64,000 bases of DNA from Erysipelotrichaceae bacterium (GTDB lineage Bacteria > Bacillota_I > Bacilli_A > RFN20 > CAG-826). Positions 19,934-28,966 of this stretch are shown here, one piece after another (positions within the stretch are counted from its first letter, which is position 1; every line of letters starts with the position of its first letter). The stretch is from NCBI GenBank assembly GCA_012837435.1, contig DURD01000007.1:11445-75444 (forward strand), in the 5' to 3' direction. The position numbers were made by a program, and so were the translations under genes. The notes below the pieces were generated by a model. That model made no database searches. It was not told where the DNA came from and saw only the letters and a list, made by a program, of their open reading frames with translations.

Positions 19934-19961
19934 AAATTCCTGAAAAATAGGAATTTTTTTA
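19934..19961 (+). terminator. Rho-independent terminator after the YceD-like gene
   Basis: Stem AATTCC/GGAATT with loop TGAAAAATA, followed by TTTTTTT. Confidence 0.6.
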
Positions 19962-19987
19962 TTCTTAATAATTTTTATTAATAATTA

Positions 19988-20051
19988 TTGCATTATCTTT
20001 TTTACTTTGGCATAATATAGACACCAGTGGTAGAAAGTGGTAGAAAGTGGG
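19988..20051 (+). promoter_or_regulatory. mraZ promoter: TTGCAT-N17-CATAAT with upstream TG. It is followed by three direct AAAGTGG/GTGG repeats at 10-bp periodicity, a putative MraZ operator.
   Basis: -35 at 19988-19993 and -10 at 20011-20016. The repeat is cAGTGGtagAAAGTGGtagAAAGTGGg at 20024-20051, ending 5 nt before the mraZ ATG. MraZ is known to bind direct GTGG-type repeats in its own promoter. Confidence 0.55.
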
Positions 20052-20055
20052 AAAC

Positions 20056-20481
20056 ATGTTTTTTGGAAGTTATAACCATACTCTAGATGAAAAAGGCCGT
20101 TTGATGATTCCTAGCAAAATGCGAGAAAACATCGGAAAGACTCTTTACATCATGCAAGGTTATGACGGTTCTTTATCTTTATATACCGAGAGCCGCTACC
20201 AGGCATTGGGAGAAGAATTTGCTCGCTTATCTTTCAATCAGAGCAAAGTTCGTGATTATTTACGTCTCCAATTCGCTAGTACTTTCGAAATCGATGTCGA
20301 CAAGTTAGGTCGTATCCAATTACCCACCGCCTTGCTCAGCAAATTCAATATTTCACGCGATGTTATCGTTTTAGGCATTGGGGACCATATTGAAATATGG
20401 GACAGAGCCAAATATGAACAATATGAAGATAGCATTCGCGCTGACTTTGAAAATATCGCTGAAGAAATATCTACCAAGTAG
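20056..20481 (+). CDS. mraZ: Transcriptional regulator MraZ
   Basis: N-terminal MFFGSYNHTLDEKGRLMIPSKMRE, matching the MraZ signature. It contains duplicated DXXXR-containing halves. Confidence 0.85.
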   Translation: MFFGSYNHTLDEKGRLMIPSKMRENIGKTLYIMQGYDGSLSLYTESRYQALGEEFARLSFNQSKVRDYLRLQFASTFEIDVDKLGRIQLPTALLSKFNISRDVIVLGIGDHIEIWDRAKYEQYEDSIRADFENIAEEISTK

Positions 20482-20487
20482 ACGGAT

Positions 20488-21435
20488 ATGAATGAACATA
20501 TCCCCGTCTTATTAGCCGAAGTCATCGAAGGATTAAACATCAATCCTGAAGGTATCTATGTCGATTTGACCGTTGGACGCGGTGGACATAGTGCGGAAAT
20601 CTTAAAGCGTTTAACATCTGGTCGCTTAATCGCGGTCGATCAAGACGAAGAAGCCATTATTGCTTCTAGACGAAAGTTAGAAAAAATATCTTCTAGTTTT
20701 GTCTTAAAACTCTCTAATTTTTCTAAAATCGATGAAATTCTACAAGAAGAAAATGCCCCATTGGTCGACGGTATCTTGATGGACTTAGGAGTTTCCTCCC
20801 CCCAGTTCGATCAAAAAGAAAGAGGCTTTTCATACAAACAAGACGCGCTATTAGATATGCGAATGGATCAGAGTCAAGAACTGACAGCCTATCAAATAAT
20901 CAATAATTATTCACTCGAGGAACTGACGGATATTTTCAAAAAATACGGCGAAGAAAAATATTCGTATTCCATCGCTAAAAACCTCGTAAAAGAAAGGGAA
21001 ACAAAACCGATTAAGACCACTTTAGAACTAGTGGAAATCATCAAAAAAAGTAAACCGATGAAGGAATTAAAAAAGGCGGGTCATCCCGCTAAACAAGTCT
21101 TTCAAGCCTTACGAATCGCCGTAAACGACGAATTAAACGTCTTACAAATCACGCTATCTCGCGCTTTGAACCATCTAAAGCCTGGAGGTAGATTAGCTGT
21201 CATTACTTTCCATAGTGGTGAAGATCGTCTGGTCAAAACTGCGTTTAAAGAAGCGGCTATCACGATTGGTGACCGTTTCGACGGACCGATGAAAGCTAAA
21301 GAAAAACCATATTATCTTATTAACCGTAAGCCAATTAGCCCTAGTCAAGAAGAATTAAAAAATAATCCGAGATCGGCTAGCGCTAAATTACGGATCATAG
21401 CCAAAAAGAAAGGGGAAAAACAATTATGGTCATGA
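20488..21435 (+). CDS. rsmH: 16S rRNA (cytosine1402-N4)-methyltransferase RsmH (MraW)
   Basis: N-terminal HIPVLLAEVIEGLNI and the SAM motif DLTVGRGGHS. It follows mraZ and ends with a TGA stop, showing TGA is a stop in this genome. Confidence 0.9.
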   Translation: MNEHIPVLLAEVIEGLNINPEGIYVDLTVGRGGHSAEILKRLTSGRLIAVDQDEEAIIASRRKLEKISSSFVLKLSNFSKIDEILQEENAPLVDGILMDLGVSSPQFDQKERGFSYKQDALLDMRMDQSQELTAYQIINNYSLEELTDIFKKYGEEKYSYSIAKNLVKERETKPIKTTLELVEIIKKSKPMKELKKAGHPAKQVFQALRIAVNDELNVLQITLSRALNHLKPGGRLAVITFHSGEDRLVKTAFKEAAITIGDRFDGPMKAKEKPYYLINRKPISPSQEELKNNPRSASAKLRIIAKKKGEKQLWS

Positions 21436-21641
21436 AAGACAAATTATTTAAAAACCAGCATCATCGTTTGTATTATAGGTTTCGTAAATTAGGAATCGTT
21501 TTACTCGTCGCCATTTCTATAGGAACTATAATTGCCGTTCCAACCTACATTACCATGCGCGAAATCGGTAGTCATGCCCAGCATGCTGAAGAAGTACAAA
21601 CCCCAGATGATGTGCCAGAAATTGAAGTAGATAATTATTAA
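21426..21641 (+). CDS. Small single-pass membrane protein in the FtsL position of the dcw cluster (FtsL-like, tentative)
   Basis: 71 aa, with a basic N-terminus, one hydrophobic helix (LGIVLLVAISIGTIIAV) and an acidic tail. It overlaps the rsmH stop. Confidence 0.35.
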   Translation: MVMKDKLFKNQHHRLYYRFRKLGIVLLVAISIGTIIAVPTYITMREIGSHAQHAEEVQTPDDVPEIEVDNY

Positions 21642-21687
21642 TACCTCAATATAAATTTCTCCTTGTTTGTCCATCTCCTCAATGGAC

Positions 21688-21722
21688 GGAAGCGATAAGT
21701 GACATTGTCGCTTCTTTTTTAT
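21688..21722 (+). terminator. Rho-independent terminator after the mraZ-rsmH-ftsL-like unit
   Basis: Stem GGAAGCGA/TCGCTTCC with a 12-nt loop, followed by TTTTTT. A second small hairpin GTCCAT/ATGGAC sits just upstream. Confidence 0.6.
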
Positions 21723-21857
21723 TAGTTAATAACTAGTTAATATCTAGTGGTTAATAAGTAAAAAATTGCACAATTAAACATTTTTTTAACTAACTTTTAG
21801 TTAATTGTTGTTAAATTAAAAGAAGTTAATTAAAATAAAGAAAATTGGTTATTAAAT

Positions 21858-23057
21858 ATGGAAAAACCTATTGCCGCCATTGAACTTGGTTCAAAAAAGA
21901 TTAAACTCGTCATCGGCTACGAGCTGGATGGTCAAGTATATGTCGTCTATACACTAGTAAAACCCTATGGTCATTCTATAGACGCGGGGGTTTTTGTCGA
22001 CCCGAATAAAATTAGTGCGACCATTGCTTCCATTCGCGAATTTACCGATCCTCTAGCGAAACTGAGAATTAACATTACCGATGTTTTACTATGTTTACCC
22101 CCTTATAACCTCGGTATTTATCAAACGAGACAAGTGACGACTGTGGTGACTGAAGATTCGAAAATATCCTCTCTTGATATCAAGAACATATACGCCTTGA
22201 TAAGGAATAGTGCTTATCCCCTACAAGATAAAGCCTTAGTCGATGTCATCCCTGAATCTTTTACTTTAGACCACGGAAGAATTTTTGCTCGTCCCCCGAT
22301 GGGTGAATCTTCTTCGACTATCACCGTCTCCGCTAAAGTGCAGACGTTACCTAAACTACTAGTTGAAAATTACCAAAATGTTTTGATCAATGGGGGAGTA
22401 GTTTCTCGTCGATTTGTCGTCGCTCCTCTCGCGGCGGTGGAACTCATATCTTCTTATCAAGATTTACCGAGTTCCTATATCCTCGTCGATATCGGTTCCA
22501 ATATCACGACCGTTTCTTTCGTCGGTAACAACGCTTTATATGGTTCGACCTATTTTAGTTGGGGCGGAGATAATATTACCGAAAGAATTATTCAAAACTT
22601 CAACATCAACGAAGCGGAAGCGGAAAAATATAAGATGATGTACGGCATCGATAATCGGGAAATGAATTTCAAAGCTCCGATTTGTACAGTCGATGATGGT
22701 TCAGGCCGTGAAGTCCGTCATTACAACAGCGAATTAAACGCCATTATCAAAAGTGAACTCGAAGTCTTTGTCAAAAAAGTCAATGAATCTATCGACAAAG
22801 TGGTCTCTCAACACGATAAGTCATATCGCTCCTTTCCATTACTATTAATCGGAGGGGGAGCGGAACTAAATGGTTTAGAAGCTTATATCACTCCCAAAGT
22901 TTTAAGCGATGTCGTTCAAGTCGTGAGACCGAGAAACTTAGGGGCGAGAAATGGCACATTTTTTAATTGTTTAGGAATGTTATTAGCGCATTCGAAATAT
23001 ATAAATGTCAACGATGAATCCCAATCAAAAACGGGCAATGTCACTCGAAATCAATAA
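21858..23057 (+). CDS. ftsA: Cell division protein FtsA (divergent actin-like ATPase)
   Basis: A 399-aa ORF directly upstream of ftsZ, with an actin-fold phosphate-1 motif at the N-terminus (IAAIELGSKKIKLVIG). Confidence 0.6.
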   Translation: MEKPIAAIELGSKKIKLVIGYELDGQVYVVYTLVKPYGHSIDAGVFVDPNKISATIASIREFTDPLAKLRINITDVLLCLPPYNLGIYQTRQVTTVVTEDSKISSLDIKNIYALIRNSAYPLQDKALVDVIPESFTLDHGRIFARPPMGESSSTITVSAKVQTLPKLLVENYQNVLINGGVVSRRFVVAPLAAVELISSYQDLPSSYILVDIGSNITTVSFVGNNALYGSTYFSWGGDNITERIIQNFNINEAEAEKYKMMYGIDNREMNFKAPICTVDDGSGREVRHYNSELNAIIKSELEVFVKKVNESIDKVVSQHDKSYRSFPLLLIGGGAELNGLEAYITPKVLSDVVQVVRPRNLGARNGTFFNCLGMLLAHSKYINVNDESQSKTGNVTRNQ

Positions 23058-23075
23058 GGAGAAGGAGAGATTGAT

Positions 23076-24188
23076 ATGGAAAACTACGATCTAGATAACT
23101 TTGAACCCGCGGCTAAGATAGTTGTTATCGGTGTGGGTGGGGCAGGAAATAACGCGGTCAATCGTATGATTGACGAAGAAATTGCTAATGTAGATTTTTG
23201 GGTGGCAAATACTGACAAACAAGCTCTTTCGACGAGCAAATCTCCTAATCGTTTGATTTTAGGTCAAGAAATTACTGGTGGTTTAGGTGCTGGTGGCGAA
23301 CCGGAAATCGGTGAAAAAGCCGCAGAAGCTAGCACTCAAGATATCAAAGAAATCGTGAGAGGTGCCAACATGGTATTCATCGCCGCGGGGATGGGAGGAG
23401 GCACCGGAACAGGCGCTGCTCCAGTAGTGGCAAGAATCGCTAAAGATTCGGGCGCTTTAGTCGTCGCTATCGTCACTCGTCCTTTCACTTTTGAAGGCAA
23501 AAAAAGAGTGGTGAACTCCATCGCGGGACTCAATAGATTAAAAGAAAATGTCGATTCCATCATTGTGGTCAGCAACGATAAATTATTGATGACTTCAGGA
23601 AATTCTTCTATTTCCGCTGCTTTTAATGAATCCGATAAAGTTTTAGCCCAATCCGTCAAAACTGTCGTTAATTTAATTCTTTTACCCGCGGTAATTAATT
23701 TAGATTTTGCTGATGTTCGTAATACCTTAAGCAAAGCCGGTGTCAGCATGATTGGTTTTGGGGTGGGCACTGGTCCAAATCGAGCAAAAGAAGCGGCGAA
23801 TGCGGCACTAAATTCTCCTTTACTAGAAACGACTATCGCCGGAGCAAGAAGAGCCATTGTCGCGGTGACATGTGGCCGTAATGTTTCCTTGTTCGACGCC
23901 CAAGATACGGTAAATTTGTTGATCAATGCCTCTGGACACGATGTCGATGTTAAATTCGGCGTAGCTATCAATGACCAATTAAACGATGAAATACTCGTCA
24001 GCGTCATCGCCAGTGACTTTGAAAATGAAATTGACTTTTCAAAACCGTCAGAATATGAACCCCCGACAAGAATTACGGTGGAAAGTCCAGTTTTATCAAC
24101 ATTAGAGCAAGAAAATGTCGACGAAGAAGAAAAAGAAATCGATAAAATCGATGAAAGTTCAATTTTGCCTGAGTTCCTAAAGAAATAA
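23076..24188 (+). CDS. ftsZ: Cell division GTPase FtsZ
   Basis: Tubulin signature GGGTGTG plus VIGVGGAGNNAVNRM. An AAGGAGA RBS precedes the start. Confidence 0.95.
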   Translation: MENYDLDNFEPAAKIVVIGVGGAGNNAVNRMIDEEIANVDFWVANTDKQALSTSKSPNRLILGQEITGGLGAGGEPEIGEKAAEASTQDIKEIVRGANMVFIAAGMGGGTGTGAAPVVARIAKDSGALVVAIVTRPFTFEGKKRVVNSIAGLNRLKENVDSIIVVSNDKLLMTSGNSSISAAFNESDKVLAQSVKTVVNLILLPAVINLDFADVRNTLSKAGVSMIGFGVGTGPNRAKEAANAALNSPLLETTIAGARRAIVAVTCGRNVSLFDAQDTVNLLINASGHDVDVKFGVAINDQLNDEILVSVIASDFENEIDFSKPSEYEPPTRITVESPVLSTLEQENVDEEEKEIDKIDESSILPEFLKK

Positions 24189-25978
24189 TGAAAAAAATTG
24201 GCTTAGCTTTTATTTTTTTATTGACACTCACATCGTGTTATACCATCTTTGGTTCTAAATCTTCTTCGCAAAAATCATCTTCCATTTCTTCTCAAAGTTC
24301 AAAGGTTATCTCTACTTCATCTTCGATAGAATCCTTTTCGTCATCTCAAAGCACCAGTAGTCTTTCTTTAGATGAAGAAAATTTATCTTACAACGGCTAT
24401 TATAAAGACTTGAGAAGTTGGCAAAACGGTGAAGATTTAAAAAATCAGTTGTACGATATTATTAGAGAAGGCTATACTCCTTGCAGTTATAGCGATTCCA
24501 CTCCTAATTACGAATCCAATATTAAAGCGGATCATTCTAGAAATGACTTTGAATATCTAGATGTCGCTTATAGTAGCGAAGATATTTTTTATACTCAGAC
24601 TAATAAAGGTTGGCAAAGAGAACATGCTTTTTGTGCTTCTTTAATGTGCGGTAGCTCCACTTCTAACGCTGTTAAACATAAAGGACGAGCCACTGATTAT
24701 CACAACTTATTCGCCGCCTATGCTTCCGGCAATGTTTCAAGAGGAAATAAGAACTACGGCGTCGCTAATACTGATTCTTCTAGTTATAACGACTATACTT
24801 CTCACGATGGTTTGGATGGGTATAGTTACTGCGAAACCAACTTTGAACCCGGTCATATCGATAAGGGTCGTTTATCTCGAGCGATATTTTATATGGCGAC
24901 GATGTATAAGGAAGATGAGATCGATTCTAAAAATAATATCACGATGAAAGGGTTGAGAATTCTCGAACAACCTGTTAGTTATATTTCAGGAAATGAAGGT
25001 AACTTTGCCATAGGCAACTTATCCACTCTTTTATCGTGGAACAACGAATATGCTGTCGATTATTTGGAAATGCAGCACAATATTTCGGTCTATCAAGATG
25101 TCATTTCCATCGATGGATACGCTCAAGGAAATAGAAACCCTTATGTCGATTATCCCAATTTAGCGGACTACGTGTTCGGAGATAAGAAAAATGAATACGG
25201 CACTTTTAAAGATCTCTTACCTACCGAATCGAGATTAAAATCCAACGAACACACTTTTGATCACTACGCTATCAAAAGTGCAAAAAGAGAATATGAACTC
25301 GGTACCTCTATCGCTTCTAGCGATTTTGAAATAGTAAAAGTCTATAAAGATTACACTTATGAACCGGTGACGGAAGGATATGTTCATTCTCTAGAAGATA
25401 AGACATTTTCTTTAAGTGATGGAGGATATGTAAACGCTTCGATTTTAATTGACGAACAGACTTTATCTTATAATATCGCACTTAATCCCATGTCTAGTTG
25501 TGCTTCTGGTGCCATTTATTTAGACACGATAGAAGGAATTGATAATAAACTCCCTAATCAAGAACAAAGTGTCATTTATGGAGGAATTGACTTTTTATTA
25601 AGTTATACTACATCTTACGCTAAGGTAGAAACTGATGGCGTGACGATTAGCAATATTGTCACCAATGGACCAGGAATTAGTTTTGGAAGTAGCACGAAAC
25701 CGATTACTTCAGTCATAATAAAAAGCGTTAATACCTATGAGATTAACGCAGCTTTTGTTAAAGCTTGTGTGGGCAATAGAAATAGCCGTTATGAACTAAT
25801 AATTAAGGTCAATGATGAAACGCTACTAGCTGGTAGCATCATTGATAACAGCGATGATGTTTTTAGGCTATATGGAACGAACCTTGAAACTTCTTTATAT
25901 GGACAAATTAGTTTTATTTTTGTGGGAAGCAGTTCTATTAAAATCAATTCTATTGCTTTTAATTTTATAAATGCTTAA
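24188..25978 (+). CDS. Membrane lipoprotein nuclease, Endonuclease I (EndA) family, with a Ser-rich linker
   Basis: A lipobox (LLTLTSC), a poly-Ser low-complexity stalk, then Endonuclease-I motifs: WQREHAF, DYHNLFAAYASGNVSRGNKNYG (compare D-HNL-P--G-VN--R-N) and FEPGHIDKGRLSRAIFYMATMY. Its ATG overlaps the ftsZ stop (TAATG). Confidence 0.6.
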   Translation: MKKIGLAFIFLLTLTSCYTIFGSKSSSQKSSSISSQSSKVISTSSSIESFSSSQSTSSLSLDEENLSYNGYYKDLRSWQNGEDLKNQLYDIIREGYTPCSYSDSTPNYESNIKADHSRNDFEYLDVAYSSEDIFYTQTNKGWQREHAFCASLMCGSSTSNAVKHKGRATDYHNLFAAYASGNVSRGNKNYGVANTDSSSYNDYTSHDGLDGYSYCETNFEPGHIDKGRLSRAIFYMATMYKEDEIDSKNNITMKGLRILEQPVSYISGNEGNFAIGNLSTLLSWNNEYAVDYLEMQHNISVYQDVISIDGYAQGNRNPYVDYPNLADYVFGDKKNEYGTFKDLLPTESRLKSNEHTFDHYAIKSAKREYELGTSIASSDFEIVKVYKDYTYEPVTEGYVHSLEDKTFSLSDGGYVNASILIDEQTLSYNIALNPMSSCASGAIYLDTIEGIDNKLPNQEQSVIYGGIDFLLSYTTSYAKVETDGVTISNIVTNGPGISFGSSTKPITSVIIKSVNTYEINAAFVKACVGNRNSRYELIIKVNDETLLAGSIIDNSDDVFRLYGTNLETSLYGQISFIFVGSSSIKINSIAFNFINA

Positions 25979-25994
25979 AATTAATCCGTCCTAG

Positions 25995-26206
25995 AAGACA
26001 CGTCTTTAAGAAAACTAACTACTAGCGAATTTGGGATGGTGGAAGCCAAAAGAATAGGTCTTAAAGGTATCACTTCTTTGTAAGATTTCTGAAAATAGTA
26101 AGAATCCGTCGCTTCTACGAGAAGAAGAAAATGAGGGCTAAAGATTAATCTTTAGAACTAAGGTGGTACCGCGCTACTGGCGTCCTTAGATGTGGACGCT
26201 TTTATA
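25995..26206 (+). promoter_or_regulatory. T-box riboswitch leader of ileS
   Basis: The canonical T-box sequence AAGGTGGTACCGCG at 26160-26175. It is followed by a terminator hairpin GGCGTCC..GGACGC plus TTTTATATT at 26178-26210. A candidate specifier ATC (Ile) followed by A lies at 26069-26072. ileS is classically T-box regulated in Firmicutes. Confidence 0.7.
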
Positions 26207-26224
26207 TTAAAAAGGAGTGGCTAT

Positions 26225-28966
26225 ATGGATTATAAAGATACTTTACTGATGAACAAATCCCATTTTGAGATGCGAGGCAATTTAAATGTTAAAGAACCTC
26301 TTTTAGTCAAAAAATGGGAAGAACAAAAAGTTTACGAAAACATGAATTTATATCGTCAAGACGCTAAAGAATTCGTTTTGCATGATGGCCCTCCTTACGC
26401 TAACGGGGACATTCACTGTGGCCACATGCTCAATCGCATCTTAAAAGATTTTGTCGTCAGATATAAAAACATGCGAGGTTTTAAAACCCCTTTTGTTTTT
26501 GGTTGGGACACCCACGGCTTACCGATTGAAAACATGGTGACTAGAAGTGGGGTGGATAGAAAATCAATGTCGCTTTCAGCTTTTAGAGCTTTATGTGAAG
26601 AGTACGCCAAAACCCAAGTTGAAAGACAAAAAGTTCAAATTCAACGTCTAGGATTAGTCGGTGATTTCGCTAATCCCTATCTAACTTTGCAAAAAGAATA
26701 TGAAGCGGAGCAAATAAAAATCTTTTCACAAATGGCTCTAAAAGGGCTCATCTATAAAGGATTAAAACCCGTCTATTGGTCTCCGAGCAGCGAATCCGCT
26801 CTCGCGGAAGCTGAAATCGAATACGCGGATGTCACTTCGCATTCTATTTATGTTTCTTTTAAGGTAAAAGATGGTAAAAATGTCGTCGATAACGAGACAA
26901 AATTTGTCATTTGGACAACGACTCCTTGGACCTTACCCGCTAATTTAGCGATTGCGGTTCATCCAGATTTTGTCTACGGACAATATGAAACTAAATTTGG
27001 TAAGCTCGTCTTCCTTCAAGAATTTGCGGATAAATTAAAAGATGAGCTAGATTTAGGAGAAATCAAATTATTAAAAACTATCAAAGGACAAGATATGGAA
27101 TTTATCATGTGTTCTCACCCCTTTTACGACCGCGATTCTTTGGTGATTGTCGGTACCCACGTCACTAATGAAGCCGGTACCGGTTTAGTCCATACCGCTC
27201 CTGGACATGGTATTGAAGACTATCAGGTCTGCTTGAAATATATAGAACAGGGTCTTGAACCCTATTGTCCCGTCGATGAACACGGTAAATTCACCAAAGA
27301 AGCGGGTGAGAGATTAGCTGGTCTTTTCTATGAAAAGGCTGACAAAGTGGTTCTAGAAATGCTAAAAGAGAATAACGCTTTACTAAAACACTCGACTTTT
27401 GTTCATAGCTATCCTCACGATTGGAGAACTAAAAAGCCTTTAATCTTTCGAGCCACCAAACAATGGTTTTGCTCAATCGAACCGATTAGAGAAAGTTTAT
27501 TAAACGAAATCCATCGCGTTAAATGGTATCCTTCCTGGGGCGAAAATAGAATGGTCAACATGGTCAAAGACCGGAGCGACTGGTGTATTTCTCGCCAAAG
27601 AGCGTGGGGAGTTCCCATTCCCATCTTTTATGCAGAAGATGAGACGCCGATTATCGAAGAGGAAGTGTTTAAACACGTTGAAAACTTGTTTAGACAATAC
27701 GGAAGCAATATTTGGTATGAAAAAGAAGCTAAAGACTTACTTCCTGAAGGATATAAAAATAGCCATTCGCCTCATGGATTATTTACCAAAGAAAACGATA
27801 TCATGGATGTGTGGTTCGATAGTGGTTCTTCTTGGCAAGCGGCCCTAATTAATCGCGGTACTTCTTTTCCGAGCGATCTATATTTAGAAGGAAGCGACCA
27901 ATATCGCGGTTGGTTCAATTCTTCTTTGATTTTATCGACGGCCACTCAAGGGGTATCCCCTTATAAAAATGTCGTCAGCCACGGCTGGGTTTTAGATGAA
28001 CACGGCGAACAGATGCACAAATCCAAAGGAAATGGTGTCGATCCGATCGAAATCGCTAATATTTATGGCGCGGATATCTTGAGACTTTGGGTGGCGATTG
28101 TCGACTATCAACAAGATGTTCGCATCGGTAAAAACTTAATTAAACAAGTGGCCGATCAATATCGCAAAATTAGAAATACTTTAAAATTTATCTCTTGGAA
28201 TCTCGTCGATTTTGAGGTCGAAAATCAAGCAAGTAGTTTTACCAAAGTTGATAATTGCATTTTAGAAACACTAAATTTGTTAGTTAAAAATGTCACGCAT
28301 CATCTCGACCACTATGATTTTTCTAGTGCCTCGAGCCTGATTATGACTTTTATGTCGAGTGATTTATCGAGTTTCTATCTCGATATCAATAAAGATGTCT
28401 TATATTGCGACAAAAAAGATTCATTAAGAAGAAGGCAAGTGCAGACGACTCTATATATCATCGGAGAAACTCTCCTTAGATTACTCAACCCCGTTTTACC
28501 TTTTACCATGGATGAATTTAATTTGAATATGCCGGGCAATAGGATTAGCAATCCTCAATATTTGGATTTTCCCAAGTATCGAGAAGTCGATGAAAATGTC
28601 TTAAAAGAATACGAAGACTTTAAAGCATTAAGAGATGACGTTTTAAAAGCTCTTGAAGAAGCGAGAAACGATAAAATTATTGGTTCCGCCCAAGAAGCTT
28701 TAGTCTTGATATCATTTAACAACAAGACTTTAAAAAATTTATTTAATTCCTATGACCCAGTTTTAAGAAATCAATTATTCGTGGTTTCGGAAATTAAAGA
28801 AAGCGATAATGACGGCGCTACTTATAAGAATACAAAAATCTCCGTTTTGCGTCATCAAGGTCATTTCTGCGAAAGATGTTGGAACTATGAAAATACGGCT
28901 ATTAAGCAAGAAGACGGCACTTATCTCTGCAAGAGATGTCAAGAGGTAATCCATGGTGAAAAGTAA
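26225..28966 (+). CDS. ileS: Isoleucine--tRNA ligase
   Basis: HIGH-region motif (PYANGDIHCGH), a KMSKS-like motif (QMHKSKGN) and a C-terminal Cys4 zinc finger (CERCWNY...CKRCQ). ATG at 26225 after AAGGAG. Confidence 0.9.
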   Translation: MDYKDTLLMNKSHFEMRGNLNVKEPLLVKKWEEQKVYENMNLYRQDAKEFVLHDGPPYANGDIHCGHMLNRILKDFVVRYKNMRGFKTPFVFGWDTHGLPIENMVTRSGVDRKSMSLSAFRALCEEYAKTQVERQKVQIQRLGLVGDFANPYLTLQKEYEAEQIKIFSQMALKGLIYKGLKPVYWSPSSESALAEAEIEYADVTSHSIYVSFKVKDGKNVVDNETKFVIWTTTPWTLPANLAIAVHPDFVYGQYETKFGKLVFLQEFADKLKDELDLGEIKLLKTIKGQDMEFIMCSHPFYDRDSLVIVGTHVTNEAGTGLVHTAPGHGIEDYQVCLKYIEQGLEPYCPVDEHGKFTKEAGERLAGLFYEKADKVVLEMLKENNALLKHSTFVHSYPHDWRTKKPLIFRATKQWFCSIEPIRESLLNEIHRVKWYPSWGENRMVNMVKDRSDWCISRQRAWGVPIPIFYAEDETPIIEEEVFKHVENLFRQYGSNIWYEKEAKDLLPEGYKNSHSPHGLFTKENDIMDVWFDSGSSWQAALINRGTSFPSDLYLEGSDQYRGWFNSSLILSTATQGVSPYKNVVSHGWVLDEHGEQMHKSKGNGVDPIEIANIYGADILRLWVAIVDYQQDVRIGKNLIKQVADQYRKIRNTLKFISWNLVDFEVENQASSFTKVDNCILETLNLLVKNVTHHLDHYDFSSASSLIMTFMSSDLSSFYLDINKDVLYCDKKDSLRRRQVQTTLYIIGETLLRLLNPVLPFTMDEFNLNMPGNRISNPQYLDFPKYREVDENVLKEYEDFKALRDDVLKALEEARNDKIIGSAQEALVLISFNNKTLKNLFNSYDPVLRNQLFVVSEIKESDNDGATYKNTKISVLRHQGHFCERCWNYENTAIKQEDGTYLCKRCQEVIHGEK

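Noticed and set aside
23336-24007. 223-aa ORF on the minus strand inside ftsZ (Ala/Pro/Thr-rich)
   Set aside because: It is antisense to the Gly-rich FtsZ core, and its composition is the mirror of GGxGxG-rich coding DNA. It lies entirely within a high-confidence gene.
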